DNA of 64,000 bases. Origin: a virus. Within the stretch, counting starts at the first letter, position 1; each line of letters starts with the position of its first letter. The notes under the pieces were generated by a model. That model searched no databases, had not been told where the DNA came from, and worked only from the letters and a program-made list of their open reading frames with translations. Positions 51,341-58,205 of this stretch are shown here, piece after piece. The stretch lies in IMG/VR virus record IMGVR_UViG_3300020463_000013, positions 14,387-78,386 of that record; one strand, given 5' to 3'. The translations under genes and the position numbers were made by a program.

Positions 51341-52171
51341 ATGGCAAGACGAGTAAACTATCTAAACAATAGAGACATACTAGCAGAAATACATAAATCA
51401 AAAAGTACTTTTTGTAGCTTTGTAGGAGACGAAGATCATAGATTTGATATTATACTTCCTACTATAGAAAAAATAAATATAAGAACAATAGCAGAAGCAA
51501 AAAGAAATAAAGCAAAAAGGTTAGCACTACATGCTTACGAATCAGCAAAAGCAGAAGGACGTAAAGTAAAACAAGCAGAGTTTGAAATCGATTATAGAAA
51601 AATTGATAAAACAGATGTAGTTTTTAGAGTTATGTCATTTGAACACATACCTGAAGAACCAGGACGTAAAAAGAATCCTAAAACTGTAGCTGACACAAGA
51701 GTAAAACTAAACTTCCCCCCATTTCAACATTACAGATTCAACGAAAATGATGAACTAATTTGCGTAGGCAAATCGCATTGGCAAGGTGGTATGGAAAACG
51801 GTTACTTTAACTTAGCACACGGAAAAGCAACAAACAAACTTGCTATGATGTGGATGAAACTTTGCGATAGATATGCGACACGCGGAAATGTGCGTGGCTA
51901 CACATATAATGATGAAATGCGAGGACAAGCAATATTACAACTAGCACAGATAGGACTACAATTCGATGAATCAAAATCAAACAACCCTTTTGCTTATTAC
52001 ACCGCTGCTGTTACTAATAGTTTTGTACGTGTTATAAATTTAGAAAAACGTAATCAAAATATTAGAGACGATATTCTTGAAATGAACGACATGAATCCTA
52101 GTTATACTAGACAACATGCAGGTGAATGGGAAGCGGCTGTAAAAAGAGAACAAGAGATGTCAAAAAAGTAG
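51341..52171 (+). CDS. gp55: Late-transcription sigma factor, T4 gp55-like
   Basis: NYLNN.DIL.EI, N.RGYTYNDEMRGQA, FDESKS.NPFAYYT...NSF.R..N.EK; adjacent to gp47/gp46 as in T4-like phages. Confidence 0.85.
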   Translation: MARRVNYLNNRDILAEIHKSKSTFCSFVGDEDHRFDIILPTIEKINIRTIAEAKRNKAKRLALHAYESAKAEGRKVKQAEFEIDYRKIDKTDVVFRVMSFEHIPEEPGRKKNPKTVADTRVKLNFPPFQHYRFNENDELICVGKSHWQGGMENGYFNLAHGKATNKLAMMWMKLCDRYATRGNVRGYTYNDEMRGQAILQLAQIGLQFDESKSNNPFAYYTAAVTNSFVRVINLEKRNQNIRDDILEMNDMNPSYTRQHAGEWEAAVKREQEMSKK

Positions 52172-52200
52172 TTGACTTTATACACAAAGTATTGTAAAAT
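52172..52200 (+). promoter_or_regulatory. Sigma70-type promoter for gp47/gp46
   Basis: TTGACT (52172-77) -N17- TAAAAT (52195-200), GAGGA SD downstream. Confidence 0.65.
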
Positions 52201-52226
52201 AAAGAAAAATACGAGAGGACTCTAAA

Positions 52227-53237
52227 TTGTTTAAAAAAGCGGCTGTCTTTACAGATATTCATTTCGGACTTAAAGGCAACTCAAAAGTACACAACGAAGA
52301 CTGCGAACGTTTTATTGACTGGTATATTGCACAGGCAAAGCAAAACGGATGCGAAACAGGCATATTCTGCGGCGATTGGCATCATAATCGTAATAGTCTT
52401 AACTTGACTACAATGGATGTAACCATTCGTTGTATGGAAAAAGTTGGAGAAGCATTTGAAAATTTTTACTTCTTTGACGGCAATCACGATTTATATTACA
52501 AAGATAGACGTGATATAAACTCTACTGCGTTTAGTAAGTATATTCCAGGTATAACATTTATTGATGAGATTACAACTATCGATGACGTAACACTTGTTCC
52601 TTGGTTAATTGGCGACGAATGGAAAAAGATTTCTAAAATTAAGAGCAAGTATATGTTCGGTCATTTTGAACTTCCTAGTTTCTATATGAATGCTATGGTG
52701 CAGATGCCAGACACAGGCGAATTACAAGCATCTCATTTTGAACACCAAGAATATGTTTTTTCAGGACATTTTCATAAACGCCAAAAACAAGGAAAAGTAC
52801 ACTACATCGGAAATGCACTACCACACAATTATGCAGATGCTTGGGACGATAATCGTGGAATGATGATATTAGATAGAGAAAATAATGCTGAGCCAGTTTA
52901 TCTTGATTGGCCTGATTGTCCCAAATATCGTACAACTACTTTAAGTAAACTGCTTGATCCGGACGCGAATATAATTAAACCTAATATGTATTTGCGTGTT
53001 ACACTCGACTTGCCTATTTCATATGAAGAAGCACAGTTTATAAAAGAAACATACATTAATAATCATCAGTGTAGAGAAATTACACTTATTCCGCAAAAAC
53101 AAATTGAAGAAATTTCAACTGAACTAGACATAAGCAAATTTGAATCAGTTGACGAAATTGTAAGTAAAGAAATATCTGCAATTGACAGCGATAATTTTAA
53201 CAAAAAAATGCTATTGGACATCTATAACGAACTATGA
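52227..53237 (+). CDS. gp47: Recombination nuclease, Mre11/SbcD-like (T4 gp47)
   Basis: TDIHFG, GDWHH, GNHD, GHFE, SGHFHK metallophosphoesterase motifs; TTG start with SD. Confidence 0.92.
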   Translation: MFKKAAVFTDIHFGLKGNSKVHNEDCERFIDWYIAQAKQNGCETGIFCGDWHHNRNSLNLTTMDVTIRCMEKVGEAFENFYFFDGNHDLYYKDRRDINSTAFSKYIPGITFIDEITTIDDVTLVPWLIGDEWKKISKIKSKYMFGHFELPSFYMNAMVQMPDTGELQASHFEHQEYVFSGHFHKRQKQGKVHYIGNALPHNYADAWDDNRGMMILDRENNAEPVYLDWPDCPKYRTTTLSKLLDPDANIIKPNMYLRVTLDLPISYEEAQFIKETYINNHQCREITLIPQKQIEEISTELDISKFESVDEIVSKEISAIDSDNFNKKMLLDIYNEL

Positions 53238-55006
53238 TAAAAGTAAAAGATTTAACAGTAAAAAACTTTATGAGTGTTGGTAATCAAACGCAGGCTGTTG
53301 ATTTCAACAAAGAGCAACTAACACTCGTGCTTGGTGAAAATCTCGATCAAGGAGGTGACGATTCTGGTTCACGAAACGGTACAGGTAAGACAACTATTAT
53401 CAATGCACTGTCATATGCCCTGTACGGCCAAGCACTGACCAACATCAAACGGAATAATCTTATAAACAAGACTAATTCTAAAGGTATGTTGGTCACCCTA
53501 CACTTCGAAAAGGATAATCAAGACTACAGGATTGAGCGAGGACGCTCTCCTAATGTACTCAAGTTCTATATCGATAATCAAGAACAAGAGCTCCTTGACG
53601 AATCACAAGGCGACAGCCGAAAAACACAAGAATACATCAATGGCTTGTTAGGTATGAGTCATGATATGTTCAAACACATTGTTGCTCTTAACACATATAC
53701 AGAACCGTTTTTAAGCATGAGACAAAATGATCAACGTGCTATCATCGAACAACTATTAGGTATAACTATCCTATCAGAAAAAGCCGAAAGTCTTAAAGAT
53801 CAAATAAAACAAACAAAAGATGCAACAACACAAGAAACTCTTAAAATTGAAGCAATACAAACTGCGAATAGTAAAATTGAAACAACTATAAACAGTCTTA
53901 AAAATAATCAACGTGCTTGGCAAGCTAAAAAAGTAAAAGATATAGAAAAACTACAACGTAGTATAGACGAATTAGTACGTGTTGACATTGAAAAAGAATT
54001 AGAAGCACATGAAAAATTACAAAATTGGACTGAACTAAACAATGCAATTACGGCTCTTAATAAAGAAAAAGGCACATTAGAGAGTGCATTACTACGTGCT
54101 ACCAAGTCTGTAGATAAGGTAGAAAAAGACATCGCAAATTTACAGGATGCTGTGTGTTATGCATGTGGACAAGAACTACAAGAAGATAAAAAACAAGAAA
54201 TTGTGTCAAATAAAAATAAAGAATTAAACGATGCAATGGCATATCAAACAGAAGTAGCTGGTAAGTTAGACGAGATTATTAGAGGATTAAATGACATTGG
54301 TGATATAAACGGAAGACCAGAAACATTTTATGAAACAATAAGAGAAGCATATGACCATAGAAATAACCTTGAAGGTTTGCGTACAAATTTAAACAATAAA
54401 GAACAAGAAAATGATCCGTATCAGTCACAGATAGATGAGTTGTCAACAACTGCTATGCAAGAACTAGATTGGACTCCTGTAAATGATTTAACAAATTACA
54501 AAGATCATCAAGAATTTTTACTTAAACTTCTTACTAACAAAGATTCGTTTATACGTAAAAAAATTATTGATCAAAATCTTACATACCTAAACAATAGATT
54601 GACTTATTATCTTGACAAGCTAGGATTACCACATCAAGTTTTATTCCAAAACGATTTAAATGTAGAAATTACACAATTAGGACAAGATTTAGACTTTGAT
54701 AATTTAAGCAGAGGAGAACGTAATAGGCTGATACTTGGTATGAGCTTTGCATTCCGAGATGTATGGGAAAGCCTATATCAGAATGTTAACTTGTTGTTTA
54801 TTGATGAGTTAATTGATAGCGGAATGGATACAGCAGGTGTTGAAAGTTCACTTGCTGTTATTAAGAAGATGGGCAGAGAGAGGGACAAAAATGTATTCCT
54901 TATTTCACATAAGGATGAACTTATAGGCAGAGTCAATCATTTGATGAAAGTTGTAAAAGAAAATGGCTTTACATCTTATGAAAACGACATAGAGATAGTA
55001 GAATGA
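53234..55006 (+). CDS. gp46: Recombination ATPase, Rad50/SbcC-like (T4 gp46)
   Basis: KNFMSVGN, Walker A NGTGKTT, coiled coil with CYAC zinc hook, LSRGE signature, LFIDE, ISH. Confidence 0.93.
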   Translation: MIKVKDLTVKNFMSVGNQTQAVDFNKEQLTLVLGENLDQGGDDSGSRNGTGKTTIINALSYALYGQALTNIKRNNLINKTNSKGMLVTLHFEKDNQDYRIERGRSPNVLKFYIDNQEQELLDESQGDSRKTQEYINGLLGMSHDMFKHIVALNTYTEPFLSMRQNDQRAIIEQLLGITILSEKAESLKDQIKQTKDATTQETLKIEAIQTANSKIETTINSLKNNQRAWQAKKVKDIEKLQRSIDELVRVDIEKELEAHEKLQNWTELNNAITALNKEKGTLESALLRATKSVDKVEKDIANLQDAVCYACGQELQEDKKQEIVSNKNKELNDAMAYQTEVAGKLDEIIRGLNDIGDINGRPETFYETIREAYDHRNNLEGLRTNLNNKEQENDPYQSQIDELSTTAMQELDWTPVNDLTNYKDHQEFLLKLLTNKDSFIRKKIIDQNLTYLNNRLTYYLDKLGLPHQVLFQNDLNVEITQLGQDLDFDNLSRGERNRLILGMSFAFRDVWESLYQNVNLLFIDELIDSGMDTAGVESSLAVIKKMGRERDKNVFLISHKDELIGRVNHLMKVVKENGFTSYENDIEIVE

Positions 55007-55221
55007 GTATAGAAGATGATATACACGATAAGTTGACTAAGGCTTATATGCAGTATTTCAAGGCTAACGAAAAATTTGAAAGCCGTAATTCTGTACGCAC
55101 ACACAGAGAAGCAAGGCGCTGGTTAAGAGAAATCCGCACACTTGCTAAGTTGCGTATGGATGAAATACACATGAAGCATAATACAAGTCGTGTAACCAAA
55201 AAAGAAGGCGAAGAAGGCTAA
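55003..55221 (+). CDS. Small basic helical protein (Hc1-like?)
   Basis: 72 aa, ATGA overlap with gp46, Arg-rich NSVRTHREARRWL. Confidence 0.55.
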   Translation: MSIEDDIHDKLTKAYMQYFKANEKFESRNSVRTHREARRWLREIRTLAKLRMDEIHMKHNTSRVTKKEGEEG

Positions 55222-55239
55222 GCATCGGTATATAAGTTC

Positions 55240-55665
55240 ATGCAGTGGACTTATAACGGTAAAGTAATAGACTCTATATCTGAAGAGTATGAAGGGTTTG
55301 TGTACCTTATTACCAACACCACTACCGGGCAAAAATATGTAGGCAAAAAACTAGCAAAGTTTAAAACTACCAAGCCACCATTAAAAGGCAAAAAAAATAA
55401 AAGACGAGGCTACAAAGAAAGTGACTGGCAGGACTACTGGGGTAGTTCTGAAAGATTACAGGCAGATGTAGATAAGTTAGGCCCAAAAAAATTCACAAGG
55501 GAAATACTTTATTTTTGCAAAAGCAGAGCAGAAATGAGTTACATAGAGGCTAGAGAACAATTTGACCGCCGTGTGTTAGAGACGGATGATTATTACAACG
55601 GAATTATAAATGTTAGAGTTGGCGGTTCAGATAAGTTGCGTAAGGCACTACTAGAAAACAAATAG
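55240..55665 (+). CDS. Stand-alone GIY-YIG endonuclease (T4 endonuclease II/Seg-like)
   Basis: GFVYLITN-x6-YVGKK, YWGSS, F.REIL, conserved Glu (YIEAREQ), YYN. Confidence 0.85.
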   Translation: MQWTYNGKVIDSISEEYEGFVYLITNTTTGQKYVGKKLAKFKTTKPPLKGKKNKRRGYKESDWQDYWGSSERLQADVDKLGPKKFTREILYFCKSRAEMSYIEAREQFDRRVLETDDYYNGIINVRVGGSDKLRKALLENK

Positions 55666-55945
55666 GCAAATCAGGACACTGTTGATCGTATGATCCGCTT
55701 TGAGACTGCGTACTGCGCCGTCAGATACTAGCGAGTCCAACAGGCTGTATGCTACGAAAACCCTAAGCAATAGGAACGAAGCTAGGGATAGCACATTATT
55801 GTGTGATGTCGACGTAGGTTGGGAAAGGTCAGAGCCCAGTAGCATAGTCAAACACCTACTTCCGATCTCGGCTGTGCAAACTCACATGAAGCTTGAGGTA
55901 GATGGAACCGCTGTTAGGTTCCGTCTGACTGAAACAATCTACATG
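55666..55945 (+). ncRNA. Putative structured non-coding RNA with pseudoknot (family unrecognised)
   Basis: About 49% GC by hand count over 55681-55920 in an AT-rich genome, with many complementary segments including crossing helices 55748-55/55839-46 and 55814-19/55854-59. Strand inferred from the upstream gene. Confidence 0.65.
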
Positions 55946-55950
55946 AAACG

Positions 55951-56028
55951 TAAGTGCTTCGCACTTATTATTAGACGAAGTAACTAGTTTGAGCGTAAGC
56001 GAAAACTAATTGCTACGAAGTAGCAATT
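55951..56028. repeat. Three consecutive inverted repeats with GAA/TTC/GTAA loops
   Basis: TAAGTGC-TTC-GCACTTA (55951-67); TAGTTT..GC-GTAA-GC..AAACTA (55985-56008); AATTGCTAC-GAA-GTAGCAATT (56008-28). Confidence 0.8.
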
Positions 56029-56029
56029 G

Positions 56030-56035
56030 ATAAAT
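56030..56035 (+). promoter_or_regulatory. Late promoter core TAAATA
   Basis: GATAAATA right after the last hairpin; AAGGA SD before ATG 56059. Confidence 0.55.
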
Positions 56036-56058
56036 ATATTCATAATAAGGATTATAAG

Positions 56059-57108
56059 ATGTTTGTGAGTGAAATATTAAAAGAAGCAGAATACAAAGTA
56101 TCAGTAACTGGTACTGGTAGAAGCAAAAGTTTTAATGTTATAAATGTAGATACTGGTGACACTGTTGGCAGACATAGAAATCGTGCTATGGCGCAAAATC
56201 AAATGAAAAGTTTGTCGCCAAAAGCATTAAGTCCTGCAGACAAACTTAAAAACATAGCAAACCAACAAGGGCAAAATGTTGATAGATCAAAAGGCACACG
56301 TGCCGCAGACAAATATCTTGACAAAAAGGGTATTGAAAAACCTGACGCAAATCCTAAAGCTGATGTTGATGCTAAACCTGATAAATTAAAAACACCAAAA
56401 TCTGGATTTCTTGCAAGGACTGGAAGCAAGTTAAAAGCAGTTGGCGCGGCTATAGGCGGTAGAGGAGCCGGGCTTATACTTTTTCTATTTGTTGGTGCTG
56501 ATCAATTTTTTAGAGATTTGCAAGTATTTGCTAAAGTATATGAAAAAGAAGGTTGCGTAAAAGGTACTCCTAATGTAAACAAAGCACAGGTTAGATTTGC
56601 TGATAGACTGACTAGCAATATTATGGCTACTCTAACAGCTATTGTAGCAACAGGCGTAGCAATGGCAATGGTAAAAAAGATACTTATGGTTTTAAGAGCA
56701 GGTGCATTGTTTGCAGGTCCAGTAGGTTGGATTGGATATTTGATCACTTGGGTAGGTGCAGAAGCAGCAATTTATGCAGTGATAAAAATGTTAGAAGCGA
56801 AATGGTTTCATGCGGCATTGTCAGACTTTCTTATGAAATCTACTTTTACACAAAGAAGCCTTGTTGATTTTTGTGTTACTTTTAGATACATTACAAAGGA
56901 TAGTAGTTGTTATTCTAAGGTGCCAGGATTTATACGCAAGGAAAGTCTTGAAGTAGAAAACTTTCAAGAACCAATTTTTGAAACTGTAACTAAATCTGAA
57001 ATTAAAACAGGAATCAAAGATATAATTATGAATGACCCTAAAATGCTTGCACTTATGAAAAAAGCCAAACGCAACAAAGCCAAAGGCATTAAAGCAGGGG
57101 CATCTTAG
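56059..57108 (+). CDS. Late protein with hydrophobic segments, possibly a head-internal protein
   Basis: Late promoter, basic N-half, hydrophobic stretches (GAGLILFLFVGA; MATLTAIVATGVAMAMV; GPVGWIGYLITWVGAEAAIYAVI). Confidence 0.6.
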   Translation: MFVSEILKEAEYKVSVTGTGRSKSFNVINVDTGDTVGRHRNRAMAQNQMKSLSPKALSPADKLKNIANQQGQNVDRSKGTRAADKYLDKKGIEKPDANPKADVDAKPDKLKTPKSGFLARTGSKLKAVGAAIGGRGAGLILFLFVGADQFFRDLQVFAKVYEKEGCVKGTPNVNKAQVRFADRLTSNIMATLTAIVATGVAMAMVKKILMVLRAGALFAGPVGWIGYLITWVGAEAAIYAVIKMLEAKWFHAALSDFLMKSTFTQRSLVDFCVTFRYITKDSSCYSKVPGFIRKESLEVENFQEPIFETVTKSEIKTGIKDIIMNDPKMLALMKKAKRNKAKGIKAGAS

Positions 57109-57268
57109 TCTTATTGACTGTTTCTATATTGTCTTTGATAATTTGATTTAAAATTTTTCTATCTTCTGTTGATATCTTAAACATTAAATCATCGTATGTA
57201 AAACTACCCCGCATGTACCAACCTATTCTGTAGACATCGTCTTTAATCTGTTTGGTCTCATTTTCCAT
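57089..57268 (-). CDS. Small gp51-like ORF (59 aa, absent from the ORF track); open upstream in the -1 frame of the gp26-like gene
   Basis: Hand translation MENETKQIKDDVYRIGWYMRGSFTYDDLMFKISTEDRKILNQIIKDNIETVNKTKMPLL*; position after gp26 as in T4-like phages. Confidence 0.65.
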   Translation of the reverse strand: MENETKQIKDDVYRIGWYMRGSFTYDDLMFKISTEDRKILNQIIKDNIETVNKTKMPLL

Positions 57269-57285
57269 GTCCTTGGATAGACTTA

Positions 57286-58140
57286 TTATGTCAGATTCCT
57301 CGAGCGGAGCGATCTGGTTCCGAAAAAATTTGCGTAATCCATATCTAACTTAGTTTTAAATTCATGTTCGCATTCTTCGTTTTGACACTTGCTTTCAAAC
57401 AGTGGCAACTTCCAGCGTTGTGTAAGTTCCATTACTGTGTCTCTCACACTGTCGTAAAATGTTACATCATTTTCAGAAACAAATTTAAAAATTACTTCAG
57501 GATCTGCTTCTTCGTTTTCACCATCAGTAATTTTTTCTATATGTGATAGAGCAATACGCAAATTTAAATTTGCACTTTGTAACATGAGTTCGTTTTGTAG
57601 GTTATCTTTTTCTTTCTGCGGCATTTGAGAATTTTCTGATTGCATAATCTGTCTTTGCAATGTATAATGTTCAGCACTAAAGTCAGTAGTTTGTCTGTAT
57701 GAAATCGGTTGTAAATCAAAATGCAAAGGTCCTAGAGTAAAAGTGTGTTTAATTTCATAATTATTTACTTGTTGTAATAGTCCTTGCAGATTGACTGTTC
57801 CATCGTTTGCTGTTTCGCATTTAGGACAGTTAGTAACAATATCTATTGTTTCTCCGTAAGTAGCAATCCTTATGCTTAAAAGCACATAATCTATATCATA
57901 ACCAATTAATTGCCATGGATCAAGTATATCAGGAATACAACTTTTTATTACTTGATATGTAGCTTCTCCGCTAAACAAGGCATCTGGTGTTTTGAGTAAT
58001 ATTTCATCCATAGCACTCATACCAAAAACTGCCATAGATTTGACTTGTCTGCACACAGTATCGTCGTAGTGAACTCCTTCACTAGGTAAGTCAATAAACA
58101 GCTTAGGTTGTCTTTTATGCTGTTCGAGAAAAGTACTCAT
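57286..58140 (-). CDS. gp26: Baseplate hub assembly protein, gp26-like
   Basis: LPSEG, M.A.DEILLK.PDAL..G, DIDYVLLSIRIATYG, CPKC and C.NEEC Zn pairs, ends YANFF. Confidence 0.7.
   Translation of the reverse strand: MSTFLEQHKRQPKLFIDLPSEGVHYDDTVCRQVKSMAVFGMSAMDEILLKTPDALFSGEATYQVIKSCIPDILDPWQLIGYDIDYVLLSIRIATYGETIDIVTNCPKCETANDGTVNLQGLLQQVNNYEIKHTFTLGPLHFDLQPISYRQTTDFSAEHYTLQRQIMQSENSQMPQKEKDNLQNELMLQSANLNLRIALSHIEKITDGENEEADPEVIFKFVSENDVTFYDSVRDTVMELTQRWKLPLFESKCQNEECEHEFKTKLDMDYANFFGTRSLRSRNLT
57322..57331 (-). other. Candidate -1 ribosomal frameshift slippery site A-AAT-TTT-TTC
   Basis: In-frame X-XXY-YYZ heptamers (A AAT TTT and T TTT TTC); the -1 frame continues without a stop into 57268..57089. 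Confidence 0.65.
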
Positions 58141-58153
58141 ATTATTTCTCCGA

Positions 58154-58176
58154 TAAATACATTATAGTGTTATTTA
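58154..58176. promoter_or_regulatory. Pair of opposed late promoters
   Basis: TAAATA on + at 58154-59 and on - at 58176-71, between the divergent gp26-like and tape-measure-like genes. Confidence 0.55.
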
Positions 58177-58205
58177 CAAGAATAAGTAATATAGGAGTAT
58201 TATAA

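Noticed and set aside
55666-55945. Group I intron, RNase P RNA or tmRNA identity
   Set aside because: GAGACTG...CATAGTC loosely recalls P7, but no P4-P6 (P/Q) elements or interrupted host gene were found. The RNase P GAGGAAAGUCC and tmRNA tRNA-like ends are absent. A covariance search is needed to exclude these formally.
55700-55987. 95-aa ORF (and antisense 55651..55851) over the structured region
   Set aside because: TTG start without SD, atypical composition, no motifs; base-pairing explains the region better.
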